From assembly GCA_018238625.1 (NCBI GenBank), contig JABCSY010000046.1:1-32312 (forward strand): a stretch of DNA of 32,312 bases, read 5' to 3'. The notes beneath the pieces were generated by a model, which searched no databases, was not told where the DNA came from, and saw only the letters and a program-made list of their open reading frames with translations. A program made the position numbers and the translations under genes. Source of the DNA: Promethearchaeota archaeon (GTDB lineage Archaea; Asgardarchaeota; Lokiarchaeia; Sigyniarchaeales; SOKP01). Of this stretch, positions 8,895 to 18,900 are shown in pieces (positions within the stretch are counted from its first letter, which is position 1; every line of letters begins with the position of its first letter).

Positions 8895-8926
8895 TATACT
8901 CGAAAAATTTAAATATTTCGAGTATA
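8895..8926. promoter_or_regulatory. 32-bp palindromic operator centred on the vapBC TATA box
   Basis: TATACTCGAAA-A-ATTTAAAT-A-TTTCGAGTATA has one mismatched pair. TTTAAATA (8908-8915) ends 23 nt before ATG 8939. Confidence 0.85.
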
Positions 8927-8938
8927 TTATTATTTATA

Positions 8939-9190
8939 ATGATAACTAACACTGATACCATAATTTTGAAGGTTGGTTCTAAAGGAGAAATCTTTCCCCC
9001 CAAAGAAATTCGAGAAAAACTTGGATTTAAACCGAATCAGCCAATATTATTATACGTTCATCAAGATCAACTAATTGTGAGAAAAATCTACTCCATAGAG
9101 GAGATATTAAATGTTCCACCTAAAACTAAAATAAGCTATCACGCGTGGAAACAATTTAAAGAGGAAATGACTGAGGAATATGAATTATGA
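8939..9190 (+). CDS. vapB: AbrB/MazE-family antitoxin (VapB)
   Basis: KVGSKGEIFPPKEIREKLGFKPNQ fits the AbrB fold. ATGA overlap with the PIN gene. Confidence 0.85.
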   Translation: MITNTDTIILKVGSKGEIFPPKEIREKLGFKPNQPILLYVHQDQLIVRKIYSIEEILNVPPKTKISYHAWKQFKEEMTEEYEL

Positions 9191-9678
9191 GGATTTTAAT
9201 CGATACATCCTACTTTTTACCTCTCATTAAAATCGGGATCGAAATCATTCCCGACACGTTCTTGATTGATCTCCTATCTAAATCAAGTAATGACTATTTT
9301 TACTCTACTCTAACTATTTTTGAACTCACTGCGAAAGGTTTAAAATTATCGTCTAAAGGGAATACAATAACTCCCCAAGATATAAGGATTGGAATTGATG
9401 CTATTCAAAACGACTCACGACTCACGGAAAAGCCGTTTACTGATAACCCCTTAATCATTGAATTAGCTTCTCAATTAAAAACATTTCAAAATGACACAAT
9501 CGATTGCTTGATTTTCGCAACTGCTATTTGTACCTGTGATTGTATCATCACAATGGACAAATTCTTTCTCGATCAATTAAACAAATCAAGTAAAGTGCTA
9601 AAAATGGTGAGGGAAATCAATGATAACTTCAAATTCTGGTTTGATGACCTCTCAGGGGATTTAAAATCTTTTAAGTAA
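9187..9678 (+). CDS. vapC: PIN-domain toxin (VapC)
   Basis: ILIDTS, TIFEL, DTIDCLIFATA and ITMD supply the PIN acidic residues. Confidence 0.85.
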   Translation: MRILIDTSYFLPLIKIGIEIIPDTFLIDLLSKSSNDYFYSTLTIFELTAKGLKLSSKGNTITPQDIRIGIDAIQNDSRLTEKPFTDNPLIIELASQLKTFQNDTIDCLIFATAICTCDCIITMDKFFLDQLNKSSKVLKMVREINDNFKFWFDDLSGDLKSFK

Positions 9679-9831
9679 ATTTCAATATAACTGAAAAGAA
9701 AAAACATTCTCCAAATACCATCCCATAAAAGAATTTATGATATATAATTGACACTCACATGGTAAGAATTTGATATAAATAATAGCAAATAAAAATTAAA
9801 ACTACTAAAAAAAAAAGTTGAATAGAAAAAT

Positions 9832-12800
9832 TTAGGATTTGAGTCGTTTTCTTATCAAAATCGCAAATATTACACCAAGAGCTCCTAATAAAATGTAGAG
9901 GTCGTAACCGGGAATACCCGGAGGTGTTGGTGGCGGTCCAGCGGCGTCTTTAGTAATTAGCACAGACGATTCTCCAATATTACCCGCCTCATCTTCGGCA
10001 TAAAATCGTAGTGTGACATGGCCATTAGAGATTGCATCCCAAGAAGATTGGTTTATTGAACCAAATAATTCTGTAATAGTATAGTTATGCGCTCCGTTGT
10101 CTAAAGAGTACCAATATTCGTATGAATGTAATTCATCAATTGAAATACTATAAATTGGAGGGTAGCTAACAAATATATCTCCCATTTCCGGTTGGTCAAT
10201 AGTTATTAGCGGTGCAGTTAAGTCCTTTTCAACCTGAACTTCGGCGAAAGCTAGGTTTCCCGCCATGTCTTCTGCGTAGAATTTGATCACAGTCATTCCT
10301 TCTCCAAATTTACCCCACTCAGTCGAATCTATAGTTCCTATTAATCCAATAATTGGGTAGTTTGTTACCCCATCATCCAGAGTATACCACACTGAATCAA
10401 GGTTGGGTTCAACTACTGAAAGCTCGAATCCTGGCGCATTAATTCCAACTACATCGGACATGTCAGGGGAAATGATAGTGATAAGTGGTACATTAATGTC
10501 TTTCCTTACTATAACTTCTGACGAAGCTTTATTATCACCTTCATCTTCAGCAAAAAATCTAATCGTAATGGTACCGTTGCCTTGCTTATCCCATTCTGCT
10601 TGGTTAATCGTCCCCGTCAGGCTACTAATGGTGATATTGATAGCCCCACCATCTATAGTATACCAATATGAATCCAAATTTGATTCTGATATTGAAATAT
10701 CATAAGTTGGAGATGTAGCTCCAAAAACTTCTCCAGTGTTAGGTGAATTAATCGTAATAATCGGAAATATTAAGTCCTTTGCGACTAATATATCAGTAAA
10801 AGATTCATGACCTAAGCTGTCATTCGCATAAAACCTTATCGGAACAGTTCCTCCGCCTTTAGAGTCCCATTCTGCTTGATCTAGTGTTCCCGTGAGAAAA
10901 AAAATCGGGAAGACTGTCACTCCATAATCAAGTGAATACCACATTGAATCGAGATGGAACTCCTCTATCGATATATCGTAATTTGGAGCATTAATTCCAA
11001 TGACATCATCGCTCTGTGGTGAATTAACCGTAATGATTGGTCCTAATACGTCTTTTCGCACGGTTACTGATGCATACCCAATATTATTTGCTGAATCGTT
11101 GGCATAAAATCCAATCGTGACCGTTCCGTTCGAAATTTTATTCCACTCCGATTGCTCGATGGTCCCTGTAAAGCCCGTGAATGGAATAGTCGTAAGTCCG
11201 CCATCCAGCGAGTACCACATGGAATTAAGATCGGGATCATCAATGGATATCTCAAAATCAGGAGCAGTATCTTGAAAGAGTTCAAAGTTAGCTGGTGAAA
11301 TTATGGTTATGTCAACTGGGTTAATGTCTACTTCAAAATAACGAACCTCAGATTCATACATATTATCTATACTATCATTACCAAAAACCTGAATTCGATG
11401 TTGACCATCTGAGGGCATAGGAATTGTGGTATTTTCTAAAATTGTTTTATTTGCTTGTCCATTTAATGAGTAACCTGTCCAAATAAAATCGATATTAGAA
11501 TCGTAGCTCAAGAATAAGCCCTCCTTCAAATTATCACCAATATTATAATTGGGATCCCATGAATACGCAACATCATCAACATACATATTATAACCTCCTG
11601 TAGCCCATTCGCCACTCCAGATCTGAAAACTATCCATTAAAGTTGGAGAACCACGAAAATTATAAGCATAATTACCACCATAAGATGTTCCATTAATTTC
11701 ACAATCCCAACCCTGTGCCATGTCGAATCTGATCTTAAGATGATACATCGCATTTGTATCAAATCCACTCGCTATTATATGTGTACTACTGTCAATATAT
11801 CTAAATTCACCAAAAACATATTGAATAAAAATTGAGTTATCAGAATTACCATCACATACAAAAAGGTTAATTAATTCTGTTGAGTCATCATTCCCGCACC
11901 ATAATTCTATTTCTCCACTTATTTTATCAACACCCCAATTTTGATAAGCTTTTGCCGCACTACCTTGGTTATTGTCATAAAATTCAAGTAGTTTTTTATG
12001 ACCGCCCCATTCAGAAACTATTTTAAAATCAGTATTGGAAGCAGCCACTTTTGACCAACCCGCTGGAACTGAATCATCAGGATCATTTTCAAACGCATAA
12101 GTCGCAGGATAGTATCCGCTCGTCGGTTCGTTGTAGGTTTTATTTTCAGGGGTGATTATATTAATGAAGGGAGTGGCATCTACTGTAAAATGTCTTACAT
12201 CAGATTCAAACATCGTACCGAGGGTATCATTTCCAAACACTTGAATCGTATGGGGTCCGTCACTGGGCATTGGAATTGTAGAATTACCTAGAATTGTCTT
12301 ATTTGCTTGTCCATCAAGAGAGTATCCTTTCCAGATTAAATCTTCAGTTGTATCATAACTAAGAAGCAATCCTTCAAATTTATTGTCTCCAATACTGTAA
12401 TCGGGATCCCAGCTAAATGAAAAGCCGTCCCACAACGAACCGCCCCCGTAATCGCCTACAAGAGTACCCATATAAATTTCTCCAAGTGTTGATAAGTTGT
12501 TTTCAAACTCCAAATTTTCTACACGACCTATTTCATTGCCTTGTTCATCACATACTGTCCAATTAAACTGACCGTTAGTACCAGCATTACAATCGAATGA
12601 CATAGAATGATGGTACCATTCCATATCTAAAGCGGTTATTATCTCAACCCAACTCGAACCGTTATAATACACAATATCTCCGTCGTGTAATTCTAGCATA
12701 ACACTGAACCCTATGGTATTATCTGTAGCTCTAAAGTTTAAATAATGCCTTCTCGTAGCACTTTCATGACGACCCGTAAATATCAAATGAAATTCAATAG

Positions 12801-13218
12801 TTCCGGACGAGTGCGGTTCATCAAAATAATGAACACCCCATGTATTTGCCCCTCCTTGTCCATCATACATATCTAAAACGTTGTAATGCCCTTGAAATAC
12901 TGGTGCAATTCTAATCCAATAATAATTCGATGATCCATAATATTCATCTAGGAACTTAGTGTTTGTTCCATAAGTGATTGGTAATTCATTATCGAAGTTG
13001 TATGTTCCAGGATAATAGCCGTCGTCTGGTTCGATATAGGTCTTATTTTCAGGTGTTATTATTGCGATCTCTCCCGCACTCGATTTAGGATTACTAAAAT
13101 CTTCTGTATCTTGAATTACCCTTGGTGAAGAAAAGAACATTCCCAAGGAGAATCCACACATTACGAGTAGGAGAAAAACCACACTAAACTTATTTTGTTT
13201 ATCTTTAATTTTTATCAC
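9832..13218 (-). CDS. Loki-CTERM-anchored surface protein B: two (Ig frame + inserted LamG/ConA-like beta-sandwich) heads plus 5 Ig-like repeats
   Basis: Signal peptide homologous to protein A; two ITPENKTY...GYYPxTYxF...SWDPxYxIGDN...YSLxGQANKTIL modules; five stalk repeats; PPGIPGYDL-TM-IRKRLKS. Confidence 0.9.
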   Translation of the reverse strand: MIKIKDKQNKFSVVFLLLVMCGFSLGMFFSSPRVIQDTEDFSNPKSSAGEIAIITPENKTYIEPDDGYYPGTYNFDNELPITYGTNTKFLDEYYGSSNYYWIRIAPVFQGHYNVLDMYDGQGGANTWGVHYFDEPHSSGTIEFHLIFTGRHESATRRHYLNFRATDNTIGFSVMLELHDGDIVYYNGSSWVEIITALDMEWYHHSMSFDCNAGTNGQFNWTVCDEQGNEIGRVENLEFENNLSTLGEIYMGTLVGDYGGGSLWDGFSFSWDPDYSIGDNKFEGLLLSYDTTEDLIWKGYSLDGQANKTILGNSTIPMPSDGPHTIQVFGNDTLGTMFESDVRHFTVDATPFINIITPENKTYNEPTSGYYPATYAFENDPDDSVPAGWSKVAASNTDFKIVSEWGGHKKLLEFYDNNQGSAAKAYQNWGVDKISGEIELWCGNDDSTELINLFVCDGNSDNSIFIQYVFGEFRYIDSSTHIIASGFDTNAMYHLKIRFDMAQGWDCEINGTSYGGNYAYNFRGSPTLMDSFQIWSGEWATGGYNMYVDDVAYSWDPNYNIGDNLKEGLFLSYDSNIDFIWTGYSLNGQANKTILENTTIPMPSDGQHRIQVFGNDSIDNMYESEVRYFEVDINPVDITIISPANFELFQDTAPDFEISIDDPDLNSMWYSLDGGLTTIPFTGFTGTIEQSEWNKISNGTVTIGFYANDSANNIGYASVTVRKDVLGPIITVNSPQSDDVIGINAPNYDISIEEFHLDSMWYSLDYGVTVFPIFFLTGTLDQAEWDSKGGGTVPIRFYANDSLGHESFTDILVAKDLIFPIITINSPNTGEVFGATSPTYDISISESNLDSYWYTIDGGAINITISSLTGTINQAEWDKQGNGTITIRFFAEDEGDNKASSEVIVRKDINVPLITIISPDMSDVVGINAPGFELSVVEPNLDSVWYTLDDGVTNYPIIGLIGTIDSTEWGKFGEGMTVIKFYAEDMAGNLAFAEVQVEKDLTAPLITIDQPEMGDIFVSYPPIYSISIDELHSYEYWYSLDNGAHNYTITELFGSINQSSWDAISNGHVTLRFYAEDEAGNIGESSVLITKDAAGPPPTPPGIPGYDLYILLGALGVIFAILIRKRLKS

Positions 13219-13366
13219 TATTTGATTTTTGTCAAAATCGTTATTAAGAAAGTAGGTTAAGCTCGTATTTATAATTATACAATTTCAGTTAATTCCAAAA
13301 AATTAGTGCGTAGTTTTTATTTATTAATTCTAATTAAAAATAACCCATAAAATTAAGTGGTGTAAT

Positions 13367-13783
13367 ATGACAAATAAAGGGAAAAGTGCATTTGGAAAAG
13401 AACTTAATTCAAAACTAGTAGGAGATGCAGGAGAGTATTTGGTTTGTGCTATGTTGAGTCGATTTGGAATTTCTGCTGGATTAATGAAAGAGGGGATTCT
13501 ACATGTAGATATTTTGGCAACTATTGATGGTTCTAAATCGATTAGCATGCAAATTAAGACTTCAGCCCGTTTAGAGAATAATGCTTTTAGTATTAAAACA
13601 AGACCAAAAGCGAGTGAAAATTTCATATTCGTCTTTGTTGAGTGGAAGGATAATGAAGAACCAATCTATTATATCGTTCCTAGTGAATATGTTTATGATA
13701 ACTGGAAACCTAATTATATTAATAAGAATGACATTATCAGTTATAAAGATAGATGGGATATAATTTTTGATTTATTCCGATAA
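13367..13783 (+). CDS. Small PD-(D/E)xK-fold endonuclease-like protein
   Basis: GDAGEYLVCAML...VDILAT...MQIKTS matches the E...D...QxK pattern. Confidence 0.75.
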   Translation: MTNKGKSAFGKELNSKLVGDAGEYLVCAMLSRFGISAGLMKEGILHVDILATIDGSKSISMQIKTSARLENNAFSIKTRPKASENFIFVFVEWKDNEEPIYYIVPSEYVYDNWKPNYINKNDIISYKDRWDIIFDLFR

Positions 13784-13812
13784 TACTATGAAAAAGAAGA
13801 AAAAAAATTAGA

Positions 13813-13842
13813 TTAGGATTTAAATCGTTTTCTGATTATAAT
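13813..13842 (-). repeat. Orphan copy of the 3' end of a Loki-CTERM gene (IIIRKRFKS*)
   Basis: 13813-13836 ttaggatttaaatcgttttctgat versus 14737-14760 ttaggatttcaagcgttttctgat: 22/24 identical. Confidence 0.75.
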
Positions 13843-14156
13843 GTCGAGAAAAAAAAAAAATATTTTTTTTTAATTAAAATTAATTTTAATCTTCGAAGAA
13901 GAACGAATTGCTAGCTTTTTTATAATAACTTATATTCCAAATTTGTATTAGTATAAGGTTTTCATGAAATTTGAAAGATCTATTTATGATCAAATTTTTC
14001 TTTATTATTCATTCTTGTAATCCGTTTGAAATTAAATCGGGGACTCTTTATTCATAACATCAACTACAAATGGGATTATTAGGTTCTCAAGGAAAAAAAG
14101 TTCTGTTTAAAATATTTAATTCGGATATACTGATATCATTAGAGGTGACAAAAAAC

Positions 14157-14576
14157 ATGATGGCACATAATTTATTAATTAATTCATCTCCTATAACTCT
14201 AAAATGGTTAGAGAAACTAGAGAGATTTATCAAAAAAGAAATTAATGTTGATTTAAATATTATAAATCGGAAGTACTGGGCACCCTTAAGAAAACAAGGA
14301 GAACGGAAAAATTTTGCTTATATCCATCCTCAGAAGACACAAATACGAATTGTCTTAGCTTTACCTAAATCTGCAAGTAAGTATCTTAATGATAGCCCAT
14401 CAACTAAAAAATGGCACGACAATTTTCCAGCTCTGTTTGTGATTAAAAACGAGAATGATATTAGAACAGCAATTAGAATTATCAAAGCAATATATTTATT
14501 AACCTACGGAGATATTAATGAAAAACAATATAGAATTCTTATACAGGAAATAATTATAAAATTGACTCTGATTTAA
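14157..14576 (+). CDS. DUF5655-like hypothetical protein (start moved from 14070 to 14157)
   Basis: GAGGTGA SD lies 8 nt before ATG 14157. RKNFAYIHPQKTQIRIVL and IKNENDI...AIRIIKAIY resemble DUF5655. Confidence 0.55.
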   Translation: MMAHNLLINSSPITLKWLEKLERFIKKEINVDLNIINRKYWAPLRKQGERKNFAYIHPQKTQIRIVLALPKSASKYLNDSPSTKKWHDNFPALFVIKNENDIRTAIRIIKAIYLLTYGDINEKQYRILIQEIIIKLTLI

Positions 14577-14736
14577 AGTACAACACAAGGGTTATTTTTC
14601 TCGCTATTAACCTTATTTTTTTTATCTAAAATTCAGCTTTATTCATAACTCCTAAGCCGTTTTTTCTGATCATATATTCTTAAACTTGAGGGATCGGTTA
14701 AATAGCTACAGGAAATTAAAAAAAGAAAAAGTTAAT

Positions 14737-15840
14737 TTAGGATTTCAAGCGTTTTCTGATAAGAAGAGCAGATATTACGCTGAGTGCTCCAATTATTAGG
14801 TAGAGATCGTAGCCGGGGATAACGGGAAAAATTGGTAGGAAACCAACATGGAAGTGCTTTAGATCTGATTGATAATTCGTCCCAAGAGAATCATTTCCAA
14901 ATACTTGGATTCGGTGAGGACCGTTAATGGGTATAGAAATTGTCTTATTGCCCAGAATTGTCTTATTGGTTTGCCCATCTAATGAATACCCTTGCCAATC
15001 TAAACTTATTGTATTCTCATAGCTCAATAACAAACCTTCGTTCCGATTATCACCAATTACATAGTCAGAATCCCAAGAATATGCCACAGCATCGATATAA
15101 CACCGATAATTTGAGTCTCCTCCACGTGTGAAAAAATACACCTTAGTAATATTATCAATATTGTTTTTAAATGAAAAATCTCCGAAAAACTCTCCATCGA
15201 CATAAAATCTGTAAGATTGTTGTGCTAATCCTCGATAATTGCTTGTAGAGCATTCAAATTCAACTTTAATGTGATACCATGTATTATCATATGGAATTTT
15301 AGATGTGGCATGCCATCCTGAGCTATCTTCATAATTGATACGATCTACAATTAAACTGATCCATCCCATACCTTGCCCGTATACTCCTGATGCCGTCGAA
15401 TCGAGTAAAGTAAATTGGTTAGCTTTAGTAACATCACTAGACCTCATCCAAAACTCCACAGTACCATGAGTCTGAAGTGGAAAAATGTCAAATAACTCAT
15501 CGTGGTTGGTACTAATCCCATCATACATTTCAATAATGTTTTTATAACCACCGACTTCATCTACAACATTGACATATCCCGCTCCCTCGAATACACTCAT
15601 TACCATAGGATCAGATCCTGCTAAATCATTTTCGAATCCATATGTTGCGGGGTAATATCCACTATCGGGTTGAGTATAGGTCTTGTTTTCTGGGGTTACG
15701 ATGGTGATTTCGCCGTCGCTTGCCCTTGGAGGCTCAATTATGATTTTGGGTTTAAAATTTTGATTTATTGAGCCAGCTACGGAAAGCGAAAGAATAAGGA
15801 TAAGAAGACTAATACTAACATGTGCTTTTTTTATTTTCAT
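14737..15840 (-). CDS. Loki-CTERM-anchored surface protein C: single Ig+LamG-like head, no stalk
   Basis: Signal peptide; one head module homologous to those of protein B; VIPGYDL-TM-IRKRLKS. Confidence 0.9.
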   Translation of the reverse strand: MKIKKAHVSISLLILILSLSVAGSINQNFKPKIIIEPPRASDGEITIVTPENKTYTQPDSGYYPATYGFENDLAGSDPMVMSVFEGAGYVNVVDEVGGYKNIIEMYDGISTNHDELFDIFPLQTHGTVEFWMRSSDVTKANQFTLLDSTASGVYGQGMGWISLIVDRINYEDSSGWHATSKIPYDNTWYHIKVEFECSTSNYRGLAQQSYRFYVDGEFFGDFSFKNNIDNITKVYFFTRGGDSNYRCYIDAVAYSWDSDYVIGDNRNEGLLLSYENTISLDWQGYSLDGQTNKTILGNKTISIPINGPHRIQVFGNDSLGTNYQSDLKHFHVGFLPIFPVIPGYDLYLIIGALSVISALLIRKRLKS

Positions 15841-15952
15841 TTTATTTCACATTTTAAAATTATTGTCTTAAATGAATTAAAGTATAGTTAGATAAGGCAG
15901 TATTTATGCTTAATTTAAAAAAAGAAAAATTTTGATAAATTACCTCATGAAT

Positions 15953-18900
15953 TTATTCAATTACATCCATAGGTTTTCCACAATGTTCTGGTATGGATTG
16001 TGAGCCACATGATGCACCCATCCAACAAACTAATTGGTTATTTTCCTTATGCATGGGCTTTCCACAATGCATTGGCAATTCGAGAATAGTCTCACCACAT
16101 TCAGCACATTTTAATTTTCCCATTTTTTTATCGACCTCATTATCTTCTTTTATAGTATTAATTTCTTTAATTTCCTTCTCATTTTCAGATTTTACATATT
16201 TGTGAGGGTCCTTCTTGAATTTAACTAAACACGATTCGTTGCAAAAATAATATTTCTTCCCATCGTGTTCGTGTTCAATCCAATCCTCGGGTGTTCCCTT
16301 CATTCCGCAAACAGGATCGATTACTAAATCTTCTTCGCTGCTTTTCATTTGCATTAACTTTGGGTTCATGTTATCGTAATTCTTAAACTTTTCAGGGTCT
16401 TGTTTAAAGTGAGCTTCACAGTTCGAACCGCAAAAATGATAGATTTTTCCTTGATATTCGTGTTCTAAAGCGCGTCTTGGATCGATTTCCATGCCGCAAA
16501 CGGGGTCTACAACCTTTTCTTGGGAGATTAATAATCTTTCTTCTTCGATTTGCTGCGGTGTTTTTGGTTCGTATCTTTTCAAGAAAAGTGCATTCCCAAC
16601 AACGGAAACGGAACTAGATGCCATAAAAACGGCAGCTAAATAGGGAGGTAAAAAGAACCCTGTACTGTAATATAGTACTCCCGCTGCTATAGGAATTCCA
16701 ATTATATTGTATATAAAAGCCCAAAACAAATTAGTTATCATTTTTCGATAAGTTTTTTTAGATAGATTAATAGCAGAAACCACATTCCTAAGGTCTCCCC
16801 TCATGAGTATTATATCGGCAGTTTCCATAGCAATATCGGTGCCTGAACCTATAGCAATTCCGACGTCTGCTTGGGCTAAAGCAGGAGCGTCGTTTATTCC
16901 ATCTCCAACCATACCAACAACTTTATTTTCTTCTGAATCTTGTAATTTCTTAATAGCTTCAGCTTTTTCGTTCGGCAAAACTTCCGCTAAGATGTGCTGC
17001 TCGTCGAATTTTAACTGTTTACCTATACTTAAGGCCGTTTGCTTGTTGTCTCCAGTTAGCATAAAAACTTCTAATCCCTTCTCTCTCAGTTTTTCTAACG
17101 CGTAAGGCGCTTGATCTTTTATTTTGTCAGAAATTCCGATAATTCCTTTGATCTCGCCTTCAACGCTAATTAAGATCGTTGTTATTCCTTGTTCTTGAAA
17201 TTCATTGAACTTAGCTTTATAAGAACCGATAGAAATGTTATAATCCTCCATTAACTTTTCGTTTCCTATCAATACGCTTTTGCTTTTAACGTTGGTTTTT
17301 ATACCTTTCCCGAGTACGGCGTCGAATTCAGTAGGAATTTCGAGAGTTAACCCTTTTTGATTTGCTTCTTCGATAATAGCTTGTCCAAGAAGGTGTTCCG
17401 AACCCATTTCAGCGCTTCCTGCAAAATATAATAGCTCGTCTACATCGAAACCTTTCCCCTTTAAATCCTTTTCGGTAAATATTGCTGAGACTTTTGGTTT
17501 TCCAACGGTTAAAGTCCCCGTTTTATCAAAGACAATTGTATTAATCTTGCTAATCGCTTCTAAAGAATCACCGCCCTTTAATAAAATTCCATTTTCAGCG
17601 CCTTTACCAGTACCAACCATTACAGCTGTTGGTATAGCCAAACCAAGAGCGCATGGGCATGAGATTACAACTACAGATGTAAATACTAGTAGCGATATTT
17701 CTAATCCTATACTAGCTATTAAAAACCAGTAGAGAAACGCTCCAGTGGCAATAATAATAACCGCAGGGACAAAATAATTGCTAACTTTGTCTGCTAATTG
17801 TTGTTTTGCCGCTTTTTTACTCTGGGCTTCCTTTACGAAATTGATTATTTGAAACAATAGAGTATCTTTCCCTATTTTTTCGGCTACAATATTTATCAGC
17901 CCAGTTTGATTAAGGGTTGCGCCTATTACTTCGCTATCAATTTCCTTTTTCACATATCTGCTTTCTCCAGTAATCATGGACTCATCTATTTTTGTTTTTC
18001 CTTTCACTACTCTTCCGTCAAGAGGTATTTTTTCACCAGGCCGAACAACTAAAATATCTCCTACTTCTATCTCTTCAATGGGGATCTCAATTTCTATTCC
18101 ATCCTTTAAAAGAGTAGCGGTTTTTGGTTGTAACCCTATCAACTTCTTAATTGCCTCAGAAGTTTGTCCCTTTGTCTGATGTTCAAAGTATTTTCCAATT
18201 AGCAAGAACGCTAGAATCATACTCATTGCTTCGTAGAATGTGTTTCCCTGAATCAAAAAAGTTGTGAGTATTGAATATACATAAGCAGTCGTAGTTCCTA
18301 ATGCAACTAAAACATCCATATTAGTGGATTTATTTTTTAGCGATTTATACGCACCTACGAGAAAGAAAGAACCTGCTACGCCGTAATCAGCAGTAGCTAA
18401 GAAAAACAGAAATGTATTCCGTACAAAAGTCGACGGTACGAACCAACTAATTGGAGTAATTATAAAAGCGAACGCTAGGGCAATTAGCAAGATTCGCAAC
18501 CGATATTTCATTTCTTTTTTGTGTTTCTCGATTTCTTTATCTATTGCTCCAGCAGCTTTTTCGATTTTATGGCCTAATTGTTTTATTTTTGAATAAACTT
18601 TACTCTCGTCAAGTTGTAGTTCATTGAATTCTATAAACATTTTGCTTGCCTTGAGATTTCCTCTGACATCGTAAATACCTTCTATTCTACTAACTTTATC
18701 GACAAAATCGTTGAAATCGGACTCTGAAAGAGATTCTACTACTCTTATATCAATTTTTGCTAAGGTTGCTTTGTATCCCAAGTCCTTAATTGTTTTATGA
18801 AATTCATCGTAACTGGTCCTATTTGAGTCAAATTCGACCGTAGCCTCTTCGTTAGCAAAATTAACAACTGAACCACTAACACCCTCTAAGTTTTTCAGTT

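Noticed and set aside
13330-13763. ORFs 13330-13626 (-) and 13581-13763 (+)
   Set aside because: Overlap the better-supported PD-(D/E)xK gene.
13849-13890. A12-TA-T9 and ATTAAAATTAATTTTAAT palindromes
   Set aside because: Low-complexity AT sequence; at most terminator-like.
14646-14673. Second possible Loki-CTERM tail remnant (IRK..RLRS-like)
   Set aside because: Needs a frameshift and has low identity; could be chance.
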